NCBI GenBank assembly: GCA_964016885.1
Contig: OZ024747.1
Coordinates: forward strand, 42,160,001 to 42,224,000
Length of the DNA stretch: 64,000 nt
Origin: Eledone cirrhosa
Lineage: Eukaryota
Reading direction: 5' to 3'
The first letter of the stretch is position 1, and every line of letters begins with the position of its first letter. Shown piece after piece: positions 12,891-25,119 of the stretch. The notes below the pieces were generated by a model. That model was not told the DNA's origin, ran no database searches, and was given only the letters and a program-made list of their open reading frames with translations. The translations under genes were made by a program, and so were the position numbers.

Positions 12891-13063
12891 ACAGGTTGTA
12901 AGTTTGATTCCTGGACCAGGCGATGTGTTATATCCTTGAGCAAGACACTTTATTTCATGATGCTCCTTCTACCTGGATTAGCCAATGGAAAGACCAATGG
13001 AAACATTGTTTCCACGGTGCGATTTGACAAAAATTGATCGACTATATATATATATATATGTAT

Positions 13064-13099
<36 letters not shown>

Positions 13100-13307
13100 G
13101 GATGTATGTATTGTGTGTTCAATAATATACTCTATGTTTATTTAAAAACATCACCAACACAAATATATATATATGTCCCACCCTTGGAAGCAGGGGAAAG
13201 TGGACATAAAATGATGATGATGATGATGATGATGAATACATGTTAGTTTCAACTTGGTTAACTATGCTCCCTCTGTTACATCGTTTGGCTTTGAGCCTTG
13301 TCAAAAG

Positions 13308-13410
13308 TCATCATTATCAATAATTATCATCATTATCAATAATTATCATCATTATCAATAATTATCATCATTATCAATAATTATCATCATTATCAATAAT
13401 TATCAATAAT
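13308..13410. repeat. 19-bp tandem repeat forming the tail of a - strand SINE fragment (13408-13507)
   Basis: Unit TCATCATTATCAATAATTA x about 5, abutting ATTGTTTCTACTTTTGGCACAAGGCC. Confidence 0.8.
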
Positions 13411-13933
13411 TGTTTCTACTTTTGGCACAAGGCCACCAATTACCCAATATATTACTGGTACTTTATTTTATCGACCCCGTAAGGATGAAAGGCAAAGTTA
13501 ACCTCGAATGCAAAGCAGTATATCTATCTGTGACTGAAATCATAGCTATCCAGAATAAATGTGTTGCACTAATTTACTATCATCACTATCAAATCCTTCT
13601 TCCATCAATTTTGTCTTCCATGTTTCTGGAGTTGATAAAATACCATATTTCTCAGTATCGAACATGCTTCAACAATGCAAACACACTTTAATTTTTTTTT
13701 ATTTGAAAATTTTCTCAAAAGGATAAACATTAAAACAAGTTCTCAGTACTTTCATGTACTTTATTAAGCTATTTTAGTAGCTGCTTGGTGATGTTTAAAT
13801 CATTAAATCATATAGACTGTATATTTAAAAAAAACATTTTTGGATAAGTTTTGTCAAATAACATTTTTCATATACTGCAATTTGATTTATTTTACTGCTT
13901 GGAAATGTCCCCCTTAAAATCGTGATTGTTTAA

Positions 13934-14141
13934 CCCTTTAGCATTTACATTACTCTATATATGCTATTGCATTTTCGTGGTAAAGGCTTTATCTCACATA
14001 ATATCGAATCTATGAGATTTTGATGGTATTTATTTTGAGAACAATACCTTAACATCAGTATGAGTGGCCAGTTACAGCCAGTTTGAACAGAAATAGGTGA
14101 AATAATTCTGGCTAGATATGGCTAGTTTAAACACTAAAGGG
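13934..14141. mobile_element. piggyBac-like MITE
   Basis: TTAA|CCCTTTAG ... CTAAAGGG|TTAA. Confidence 0.7.
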
Positions 14142-16241
14142 TTAAAGAGATTAAAGTTGACACACATCATGTAAATTATTACTAGCCAGATTTGGTTTGT
14201 CTACTGTCTTTTGCCTTTGGGAGAATTAATTTTTGTAGTTGTATATATTTAAAAAACTTTAAAATTGAATTAGAATCTTTTGCTGTATTTTTAACTCCAG
14301 AAAATACTGCAAAAGCTACTATTTCAATTTTCAAATTTTATTTGCTGTCTTCTATTAAAAAAAAATTAAATAATACTTTTGATATTTAACCTTTAACACG
14401 CTGAATTTTTTTAATGAATTACTTCCCTTGACACTGCATTATGTATTAAGGGGAGATTACTCTATCAGCGGCATAAGTCGCCTACAGTGCCAGAAGGTTA
14501 AAGGCATGTGACCTAGTGGTTAGGATGTTACACTTATGGTCATAATGTCATGGGTTCAAGTCTTGAACCAAATGGCATGTTGTGTTCTGCAGCAAAATAT
14601 TTCATTTTATGTTGCTCCAGTCCACTTAGCTAGAAATGGGTAGCAACAGTAGCTGGGGATTAACCCTGTGATGGACTGGCATCATGTCAAACATGCCAAC
14701 ATGCACTGGCTTGATGAGCCTCCAGGCCTGGGAAAGACTTTTTATGTTTATTTACTATCTTAACTAAGTATAATTTATACATTTTATTCCGGAGTCATAT
14801 TCAGGAGTTAAAATTACTGGCTAGCATATATAATTCTTCTTTTGGATTAAAATTCACTTATGTAAAGTATCACCTTCATCCTCTTAGATACACAGTAAAT
14901 TTATTAGATTTATTCTGAGAGAAAATAGCATCTTTGATTCTGGGAAATATGGTAAATACCAGTTATATATTAGTGGATTGATTTAATTGACTTAAACATT
15001 TCCATTCTGATAATTCTACATGTGCCTAGCCAAATGAACAAAAACAAGAATATAATTACAAAAATGGTGGTAAACATCATTGGGTCGAGAGGTAAGCTCT
15101 CTGGAAGCTGAATCAAGTTTTCACTCCTGGTTGTGAGATGTTCCACTTCATCATGCTGCTAATGTACTTGGAAAAGTGCTGAATGCTAAAAATTAACTGT
15201 TTTCTCCACGCAATATATCTCAGACTTTCATTGCTATCATTATTATGACAAAATGGTGGCATGCCATACCAAATAACTTGTGGTATTCAGTTACCTCCCT
15301 ACATGTTCTGAGTTCAAATCCTGGTTTGGTAGGTTGTGTCTGTCAATCTTAAATCCTGGGTTCATTAAAATAGGAACCCAGTGAAATACTGCATGTCAAT
15401 TAAATCCACTCCAAATGTGTAGTTTTGTGACTCTGTTAGAAAGCATTATCAATATTATTAAAACTATTATTGTCATTGTTACCACAACATGGTTTGACTT
15501 GTGATGAACTTATATGTATATAGCACTGAATAAATAACTCACTCTCTAAAATGCAAACAAACAAACAAACAAAAGAAAGAAAGAAAAGACTGTTTTCTCC
15601 TGTTCTATATGTGTTGGTAATGGTCAGGAAAATACGATGCAATATATATATTTATAAATATACACACGTGTGTATGTATGTGTATATATATATATATATA
15701 CACACACATACACATATGTATATATATATACACATACACATTCATTATACACACACAAAACTGGTATTTCGGTGCATCACTTCACAGTTCTCAGGCAAAG
15801 AGAAAAATATTTTGTATCTTAACCTGAAAAAACGTGCCAAGCAGGAAACTCTGAATAGCAATGAAGCAAAGTACGGTCTCTGTATATATGAATAATTATA
15901 CTCCAAAATATATTGAGTACTCTTTTTCTCATTTGTTGAAACAACAACAAAAAAATGTGTGTGTAAATATATATATGCTATATATTAAAAGTAATAAATA
16001 AATAAGGTAGTAGGAAATTACTGACCTTTCCTGTTTTATAAAAGTAACAAGTTAAGAGCGTGAGATTTTGTTTGTATATACATGTGTGTGTGAAAGAGTA
16101 CATGGGTACTCTTAAGTTGTTGGATGTGTTTATACTTACACCTGACTATTAAGATTATGTAGTATAATGTATGAATTATACTAAATTTATTGAACGTTGT
16201 TTTTACACGCTATATATATATACATATATATAATATATTTA

Positions 16242-16279
<38 letters not shown>

Positions 16280-16591
16280 CATTATACAGACTGAAATTTG
16301 GTGAAAAATTTAATAAATGGGAATTTTGTTGTTGTTGGCCAATTTTGTTGTTATTGTTGTCATTATTGAAATGAGAAATGGTTTCATATTCCTGTCGTGA
16401 TTGTTTTATTACAGTTATATGTGGCATACACACACAACTGCTATACCTGCTTGCTTTGTGTTGCCTTCTTTTTCTCAGAAACACACTATACCTGCTTGCT
16501 TTGCCCTACAATTTTTCTTTCAGAACTAGCCAAAATATGAGAAACCAAGACAATAACAAAAGAAATAGCAAAAAGTTAAAGCTACCCAAGC

Positions 16592-16981
16592 CATAAGTCA
16601 CCAATCTTTCGGACCTCACAGACCACTAAATTCATAATTCTAAATCCCATGGACCACGAATATGAATTTTTAAAAAAGATAAATACATTTGTAAAATAAT
16701 GATCAGAGAACTTCTATTTTATTAAACAATACTGAAGTGTACATGTGTCATATTGTCGATTGATGGTACATATGTGTAAAATTCTTTCATAGATGTTAGT
16801 TCTTTACTGAGGAGAAACATTTCTTAGGGGTGTTATAAAATATATTTTAACTGAATATTATTTTTGTTTTATTATTAATAAAACAAAAAAAATTGAAAAT
16901 TTTGTCCACATTTTTCTGCGGACCACCAAAATCTTTTCTCTGACCATCTGAGGTCCACGGACCACCGGTTGGCAACCGCTG
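16592..16981. mobile_element. hAT-like MITE
   Basis: Right end GGTTGGCAACCGCTG, degenerate left end CATAAGTCACCAATC, subterminal GGACCAC motifs. Imperfect 8-bp TSD ACCCAAGC / ATCTAAGC. Confidence 0.6.
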
Positions 16982-17125
16982 ATCTAAGCTATCTTGTTTA
17001 GGTGTGAACCCATTTCACTAACTGAAGAGGGTGAAACATTGGTATTCACTCAAAGAATTTTACCCTACATCCCTTATAAAAATACCAAATTCCTTCTAGA
17101 GTAGTCCAGTCAGTTGCATGTATTA

Positions 17126-17320
17126 GGGCTGGCTGAAAAGTTCTTAGGCTGAATAAGATACTCTCATGGAATGACCAAATGAGGTTTATTTTTAAACATA
17201 GTCCCTAGAAAGAAGCAATGTAATTATTAATAAGAAGATTTGAAATTAATGAATGCAAGATTTAACAGAGCTAGCATCATTCCTTCATTGTCAGCCTATG
17301 AACTTTTCAGCTGATGTTTG
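17126..17320. mobile_element. Degenerate mariner-like MITE
   Basis: GCTGAAAAGTTCTTAGGCTGA ... TCAGCCTATGAACTTTTCAGC inverted ends. The same right end occurs at about 1347-1378. Confidence 0.55.
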
Positions 17321-17681
17321 TATTGTATGAACCGCAATGGTTCCAATGACAGGTGTTTCAGTTGTTTTTAACAATGGGACAGACTGCTCGTGAAATTAAC
17401 ATGCAAGTGACTGAGCATTCCACTGATGCACCTTTAACATATTTCTCGGGTAGATTCAACATGATAGTGACAAGGCTGGCCCTTTGAATTACATATATGG
17501 TTCATTTTTTGTGATTGTGAGTCAGAAGCCCTAACCACTAGGTCATGGGCTTCACAGTTGTATGACTCTCCACCATAAGCAGTAAGAGTTCTACTTGTTC
17601 AGATAATAAAAATACTTTGTAAGGGCCTTGGTATAAATGTTGTCATGGACATTCTGTACATGTGATGAATACCACCTTTAT

Positions 17682-18449
17682 TCATCATCATCATCATCAT
17701 CATCATTTTACGTCCGCTTTTCCCTGCTTGCAAGGGTGGGACGGGTCTTATTCAGCACAGCATCTCTCCACTCGTCACGGTCCCTCGTCATCTCCACCGT
17801 GAGCTTCAATGATCTGAGGTCTGTTCTCACCACCTCCGCCCATGTTTTTCGTGGTCTACCTCTACCACGTCTTCCTTCAACTGGCATTTCCTGGCACTTC
17901 TTCACCCATCGGTCATCCTCCATGCGCATCACATGTCCATACCACCTCAGTCTCCTCTCCCGTACACTACATTCTATCCCTCTCAGACACAGTTTCTCTC
18001 TCAACACATTTATGCTGGGTCGTTCATGCACATTTACACTGCACATCCAACGGAGCATGCTTGCCTCATTTCTCTCCAGCCGTCACATATCTTCTGCGGT
18101 TGCTGCCCATGTCTCACTACCATGCAGCATCGCGCTCCTCACACAGGCATCATACAACCGGCCTTTCGTACGCAGGGAGAAACCCTTCTTCGTCAACAGA
18201 GGAAGCAGCTCCCTAAACTTCTTCCAACCCGTCCTTATTCTAGATACTATGGCCTCGGAACACCCTCCTCCCATGCTAATCTGATCTCCTAGGTACCGGA
18301 AGCTATCCACCACTTCTATAGCGCCCTCTCGCATTTGAAAAATGTGTCTATCAGTGCGACTTCTACTGTCTAATTTCCCTGTACATCTACTGCATACATA
18401 TTTCTCCCTACCTGTTAGTTTGCCTGCTATCCCGCTACATCTCTTGTGT
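17682..18449 (-). mobile_element. RTE-clade LINE 3' fragment with (GAT)n tail
   Basis: FRYLGD..RSAMLHGSETWA and RRLRWYGHVMRM..GRGRPRKTW ORF pieces. (CAT)n tail on the + strand. Confidence 0.85.
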
Positions 18450-20890
18450 AATTATTATAATTATTATTATAAAGCTGGGAGGATGGTAGATTGGCAATAT
18501 TGGTAGAGCTTCAGACAATATGCTTTATGAGTTCAAATCTCGCCGAGGTTAACTTTGCCTTTCATCTTTACGGGGTTGATAAAATAAAGCACCAGTAACG
18601 TACTGGGGTTGATTTAATCGACTTACCCCTCCCCACAAATTACTGGCCTTGTGCCTATACTAGAAATCATTATTAACAAGAGTGATGGATGGGATAGTAG
18701 ACTTTGCAAAGTGGTGGACAAAATACATTGCACCATTTAGCTAGATCCCTTTATTTTTTGAGGTTTTTTTTTGCCAGGGTTGACCTTGATTTTCATCCCT
18801 CTATAAGTTTATAATTTTAATATCAGTCAAGTACAAGGATTCATGAAATAGAATATTAAAAATCAGTTATATTGCATAATGTCCCTAGCTCTGATATGAA
18901 CATTTTAAGAAGGGTTTTATATCTAAATTAAAACTTTCCATCATAATTCTATGTAAGAATATTTTGTTTTGTTCCAAAACTAACTTAATAATGAGTCTTT
19001 GGTGACATGTATTGATGATGATTGTTGGGTGAAGTGCTAGGAGTTTTCAGGGGAAGGAAACTGTAGTAAAGGAAGGTGAAGGTAAACCTGGGAGAAATGG
19101 TGAGAGTGGATCTCAAAATGCTGAACCTCACAGAGGAGAAGAGAAAAGAACGACAATGAGTCAAGGGTAAGCTGTCCTGGAAAAGACTTATCCAATCCAC
19201 AGAGAAATTAATCTAAAAGGGATGATGATTATGTTGCTTTGTTGCACTAGAAAACATTAATATTAATTATTATAATTTGATTTTATTTGAACTATTTGAG
19301 GCTGTTCCTGCACAGTGGTGTCCATCCTTGGAAGGTTTTTCTGGCTTATTAGTTTTCTATGAGAAGATGATGCTAGCCACTTTCTCAAACATTCTTCATT
19401 TCTGGGGAAAAGGGCACAGTGAACCTTAGAGAGAGAACAGGGAGAAGAATGAACCCCAGTTGTTACCTGGTAGTATATTTATTGTTCTTAGAAGGATAAA
19501 AGAGAAAATGGATGGTCATAGCTGGATTGCCTCTGATTATAAGTCTACCCAACCAGGGCTGCTCTGGTTGGGTAGACTTATAATCAACAATTACATAGTG
19601 ATAATAAATGGCTTTGTTTCTAAATAAAAAGAACAACACCGTATATTTCTTTCAGTTTATTATTGTGTTAATTTTTACATGGGAATTATATATCTTATGT
19701 ATAAGATGCCGTCTTCTAATGTGAATTAATCAAATGCAAGAATTTCAATTTATTACAAATTAGTTAAAGATTGAATTCCTGCCTGTCTTCGATCATATAA
19801 TTGCATCTATTTTTAGCCAGAGTGTTAACACAAGGAGAATGTCGATAAATCATCTTGTGCTGAAACCAAATATGTCGTTCGCAAATGAAGTGACAATTGT
19901 ATGAATTGCCTTTACATATTGGTAAATTGGAATGGTTCTCCATCAGTTTTGATGAAGAGTGTTTCAGTTGTTTGATCAATAGAACAGCCTGCTCATGAAA
20001 TTAATGTGTAAGTGGCTGAGCATTCCATGGACACAAGTACCCTTTATGTAATTCTGAGAGATTCAGCACGGCACTGATGTGTGTAACAAGGCTGTCTCTT
20101 TGAATTACAGGTACAATCCATCTGATGGGCTTCCAAGCAGTCTTCATCTACCCAATTTCAATGAAGCTATGGTAATTAACTTTTACACAAGATTCCAGAC
20201 AGTAGGATCGAATCTGGGATGCAATGTGAAGCAAATTTCTTAACCAATTGGCTGTATTGTGTCCTACATATTGGTAACTGTGTGGTCTATGAACCTATAT
20301 TATAAATAACCAGCATATGTAGATAACTATGTGCTATACAAGTTATACATATATGCTGATGATTACTTTGGAAATTTCTTATATATGTTGATTACAAGCA
20401 AGATAAACAACCAGCATATGTTGTCAAAATATTTTTTTTCAGCCTATGGTATTCAAAATGTTTGGAGAAGCTTGGACAACGAGGTTTTGTCATTGTTGGT
20501 GTGTCACCTTTTCCATGTATCAGGTGATGTTCCTGGTAAAGGTTCTTGATCAATCCAACATTGTAGCTACACTATCACTCATGCTGCAAGTGTATTGGCT
20601 TGCCTCAAAAATTATTAGAGACAAACTCTTGTGCTCTTTGTTGTGGCAAGTAATTACTTTATCTATTTATATATGAGCTGAGAAATATGAAAAAAAAAAC
20701 CAAAAAAAATCAATAATAAAATAGCCAATCTCTATTTACCCCAAATACAAGCTCAAGCTAGAACTTAACTGAACTGTCAAGTGCAATTTGTATAGTGTGC
20801 TATGGTTAATTAAATGACATATTTATGCATGAGGAAGTTTATATTAGAAAATCTATAAAAATGTCAATGTAGATACAGCTACTGGTTATA

Positions 20891-21874
20891 TCGCTCTCTA
20901 TATAAAATTCTTTGTCTGTCTGTTCCTATGCATTCTCAAATGGCTGGACCAAATCAAATCAAATTTTACAAGGTAATATTATTAGACCCCGGGAGTGTCA
21001 ACATGTAATTTTTATTTTCATTTGGATTAAATCAATATAGTATTTTATCTAAAATAACCTTTCTATAGTCAACTATAATAAACCAGCACCATGACGACCA
21101 CGATGACATCACATTGTAGATGAGTGTGTATGTGTTTGTGAGTGTGTGTTTGTGAGTTTGTTACATACTTAGAGAATTAAACACACACACACATTTACAC
21201 ATGCATATAGACAATTAAACACACACACACATCTACACATACAGATACATATGTGATGACTGACAGGTGTGCGTGAATGTATGAATGTGTGTGTCTATCT
21301 TAGTATATGTATGTGAGAGTGTGTGAGTGTATGTGAGAGTGTATGTGTGTGTGAGTGTATGTGAGAATGTATGTATGTGTGATAATTTTTATTTTCATTT
21401 GGATTAAAACAATATAAAACAACACAATCACATCACATTTTGTATATGAATATGTATGTGTTTGTGAGTGTGTGTGCGTTCATTAGGTACGTTAGTAAAT
21501 ACACACATCTACACATATGTAGTGAGTAAAAAAAATGAGGTGAAAAGCTATGCGTGTGTCTGCGTGAATGTATGTCTGTGTGTGTCTGTGTCAGTATGTG
21601 TATGTGAGAGTGTATGTGTGTGAGTGTAGCAACAATTTATTCATTTGGACACCAACAAAAAATCACACAATGAATACTGTTTACCCTAAGGTGTTTCAAA
21701 ATTGACAGATTTTCATTTCTAAATTCTATTATCATTACAATTTTGATATTTGTTTTATAAGATATAGATATTTTGAAATAATTATGAGAAAATAAATACA
21801 TATCTTCATATTTATTGTTTACTAATCTGAATAAGAACAGTAGTAACCTGGGAAACGCTGGGTAGTTCAGCTAG
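20891..21874 (+). mobile_element. Non-autonomous Helitron-like element
   Basis: A|TC..TCTATATAAAA 5' end. 3' subterminal hairpin CCTGGGAAACGCTGGG followed by CTAG|T. Internal GT/CA microsatellites and no TSD. Confidence 0.75.
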
Positions 21875-22023
21875 TATATATATATATATATATATATGTA
21901 GGAGGTGAGTTTTATTGTAGTACAATAAAGCAATGCAGATATCGGATAAGAAGCACTCTACAGTTTGTAGGACTGGAGTATGCATAATATAAGATCAAAA
22001 GATGGTTAAAGGAGTTCCATGTA

Positions 22024-22090
22024 TTTTATTATGCGCATTTCAAAAACAAACATCATCATGCAATAATATTTGTGTTTTCATCAGATAAAA
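22024..22090 (-). ncRNA. Type I hammerhead ribozyme motif (- strand copy)
   Basis: Exact reverse complement of 22201-22267. Confidence 0.75.
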
Positions 22091-22200
22091 CAGGAGAACA
22101 TGATATGAAGGCTAAAAAACACTTGTGGATAGTGCAGATATGTTGATTTAAAACTGCACTATCCACAAGTGTTTTTTAGCCTTCATATCATGTTCTCCTG

Positions 22201-22267
22201 TTTTATCTGATGAAAACACAAATATTATTGCATGATGATGTTTGTTTTTGAAATGCGCATAATAAAA
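22201..22267 (+). ncRNA. Type I hammerhead ribozyme motif
   Basis: Stem I TTTTAT/ATAAAA, core CTGATGA, stem II AAACACAAAT/GTTTGTTTTT, GAAA, palindromic stem III ATGCGCAT, cleavage triplet AUA. Confidence 0.75.
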
Positions 22268-22320
22268 TACATGGAACTCCTTTAACCATCTTTTGATCTT
22301 ATATTATATATATATATATA

Positions 22321-23923
22321 GGCATAGGTAAAATATAACGTCCGGGAAAGTGAAACTAATTTTTATGACAAGTGAATGTGTTTGTTTTTTTTACACTGAA
22401 AATTACGATACAGTTTGTTTATTTACAACAGGTCTCTATAGTGATATGGTGTTAATTAGTATTGCGTGTGTGATTATTTTCTCTTATATATATATGTGTG
22501 AGTGTGTATATGTGTGTATATATATGTGTGTCTGTATGTATATATATATATATGTGTTTGTGTCATCATCATCGTTTAGATGTTTTTGTAATATCTTGCC
22601 AAAGTTGGCACCAACTTTCTGTCCCCTAAAGAAATTAAGGCCGGGTCATAAGAAGGACAGAGAATGATAAAGGATTTGGGTCAGAGAGGCAGCTTGGGGT
22701 CAGAAAGGCAGATAGGCGTCAGAAGGGCTGGGAAATTTTTTTTTTTTTTTAAACGAAGCACCGAAGGGTTGGATTCTAATACAGTATCACATCAAATATG
22801 GCTGGACGAGTGGTTGGTCGCGTTAAGTTAGTTGAAGATATTTTGGATACTAATGCTATTGTTGAGCGCTTCGAAACAATATATACGCTGTGTCCGGCGA
22901 TACACGGTGACACGTTATGTATGTTAGAGTGGTTTGCGAGTCGGCGTCTGTTGGCGAACAGTGTGATTTGTCCTCTCTGCAATGAGGCGTGCACATTGAG
23001 AAGATATTCTGAGGGGATAGATAAATGGAGATGGCGATGCTGCCGCGACACATTTTGTCAATCGGTTCGACGGAACTCTATATTTTATCGAAGCCATCTT
23101 CGACTCGAACAACTTATTGGCATTATGTATATGTGGTGCAACGGTCAGGCCCAAACTGAGATGACGAGAGAAACAGGACTTAGCAAGCCGACAATAATAG
23201 ACTGGTGCAATTTCCTTAGAGAAATCTGTGAGCAGTATTTGGAGGCGAATCCTCAACAGCTTGGAGGATTTGATGAGAATGGTTCGTCGATCATTGTTGA
23301 GATCGACGAATCAAAATACTTTCATAGAAAGTATCATCGTGGCCAGTGGAGACAAGGCCACTGGGTGTTCGGCGCTGTAGAACGCCATTCTGGATGCTGC
23401 TGCCTCATCGAAGTTCCAGATCGAAGCCGTGAAACTCTTGTCCCCATTATACAGGAATGGATTTTGCCAGGACGCCACATCATGTCCGATGGTTGGGTTT
23501 CCTATTCTGATATTGAGGAAATTCAAGGTGGCATTTACCTCCATGATGTTGTTGTGCACCAACGGAATTTTGTCGATCCTGAAGACCCTAATGTGCACAC
23601 ACAACTCATAGAGAACACTTGGAGCCGTGCGAAGAAAAAGCTCCGTCGACAACATGGGACAAGCGACGATTTATTCCCCTCGTATTTAGCTGAATTTCTT
23701 TGGCGGCAGAGAGTTGGTGCCAACAAATTTGGCGAGATGATCAACTGTATTTCAGCTATTTATACGGTCTAATAAGGATGTTGATAAGGTAAGTATAATT
23801 TTCCGTACACACAATACACAAAAAAAGAAAAAGAAAAAATAATCACACACGCAATACTAAAAAACAAACACATTCACTTGTCATAAAAATTAGTTTCACT
23901 TTCCCGGACGTTATATTTTACCT

Positions 23924-23928
<5 letters not shown>
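22321..23928 (+). mobile_element. Merlin-superfamily (IS1595/ISXO2-related) DNA transposon, apparently intact
   Basis: 70-bp perfect TIRs starting GGCATAGG (22321-22390 / 23859-23928). Inserted in (TA)n, compatible with a 9-bp TSD ATATATATA. Single transposase ORF. Confidence 0.9.
22798..23772 (+). CDS. Merlin/ISXO2-like DDE transposase
   Basis: 324 aa with a zinc ribbon CPLC..WRWRCC..C, an HTH-like region, and IVEIDESKY, WVFGAVER, IMSDGW, VHTQLIENTWS, YLAEFLWR. Confidence 0.9.
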   Translation: MAGRVVGRVKLVEDILDTNAIVERFETIYTLCPAIHGDTLCMLEWFASRRLLANSVICPLCNEACTLRRYSEGIDKWRWRCCRDTFCQSVRRNSIFYRSHLRLEQLIGIMYMWCNGQAQTEMTRETGLSKPTIIDWCNFLREICEQYLEANPQQLGGFDENGSSIIVEIDESKYFHRKYHRGQWRQGHWVFGAVERHSGCCCLIEVPDRSRETLVPIIQEWILPGRHIMSDGWVSYSDIEEIQGGIYLHDVVVHQRNFVDPEDPNVHTQLIENTWSRAKKKLRRQHGTSDDLFPSYLAEFLWRQRVGANKFGEMINCISAIYTV

Positions 23929-23998
<70 letters not shown>

Positions 23999-24361
23999 GT
24001 TATGTAATAAACAACATAAGGCAATTATTTCATTGTGAAAAAATCCTGGTTATATATATATATTTAATTGCAAACACAAGGTTCTAAAAACCTTTGCTAA
24101 ATACAAACTGGACTAGAACAAGATTCAATCCCTAGTACCTAGGTTTTACTACATCCTATTTAGTACATTTCCGGTGGCATTTGAATTTTTCACACCTAAT
24201 GGATTCAGTAATATTCAAAACAATCTCATTTTCTTAATCCTCCTTACTCACTCTATCTATCCTACTCTTAATCTCAACCCCTCTTTTTCTGTCCCTCTCT
24301 TTACACCTTCTCTACCTTCATATATGGTAAAAACCAAAACCAAATCCTTCAAAGAATAATT

Positions 24362-24560
24362 GTGAGATGGAATGGCTCTCCCAGCGGATCTCCCTTACCA
24401 TCCTCTGGGGAAACGACTTCTCCATTCTGTCCTCCGCCTGGGCTGTGGGGAGGCCAGCACGTGGGACCCCATTTGCTCACCATACAGAGAGATGGAGGCG
24501 ATGACAGTGGGAGTTCGGCTCTTACACGTTCGGACCATATCCTTGTGGTTGTGTTTCCTT
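24362..24560 (+). mobile_element. 3' fragment of the CRE-like family also at 51960-53710
   Basis: Closely matches the reverse complement of about 52110-52320 (..GGCTGTGGGGAGGCCAGCACGTGGGACCCCATT..CGTTCGGACCATATCCTTGTGGTTGTGTT). Confidence 0.75.
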
Positions 24561-25119
24561 GAATATGGCATAGCTTCTCTCAACTCACTGAGACCAACTT
24601 CACTTACGCACTTGCCATTATTCACCCAACAAGCTACTCACTCAATTGTTCTACATCATCGCACACAGATTGATAGTGTGAAACTACATTTTATTATATA
24701 CCCTTGCAAGCAAGGAAAAGCGGACTTAAAATGATGATCATGATGATGATGATACATATATATATCATCATCATCATCATCATCATCGCTATTTTATGTC
24801 CGTTCTTCCATGCTAGCATGGGTTAGATGGGTTGTCCTGTTGTGGGCATTGTCCAGTCGGCTGACCTTGTCTTGCTCATACTGGAACTGATTCTGGCTTG
24901 ATTTCTACAACTGCAACCTCATTTACAGTGAGTGCTTCCTAACACCAACCTCATTTACAGTGTGGGTTGGGTGCTTTTTTTCTGTGGCGCCTGCACGTCC
25001 ACTTTACAGTGTGGGCTGGGTGCTTTTTTTCTGTGGCACCTCCACGACCACTTTGCAGTGGGAGAGGGTGGGGCCATATTGTCTAAATGCTTCAGCTTCG
25101 GCTTGTTCCTGTGGGAAGT

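Larger units (their letters stand above)
21898..22307 (-). mobile_element. Fold-back hammerhead-bearing pLTR-like insert
   Basis: 154-bp inverted arms 21984-22137 and 22154-22307. - strand tail ACTC..GAGTGC running toward 21898. (TA)n on both sides. Confidence 0.7.

Noticed and set aside
17017-17050. CTGAAGA-GGGT-GAAAC-ATTG-GTA minimal hammerhead-like string
   Set aside because: Stem I has only about 2 bp, and there is no TA context or tail, so it may be chance.
22798-23772. Bacterial IS1595 or contamination
   Set aside because: Long TIRs, internal microsatellites and integration in host (TA)n fit a eukaryotic Merlin element.
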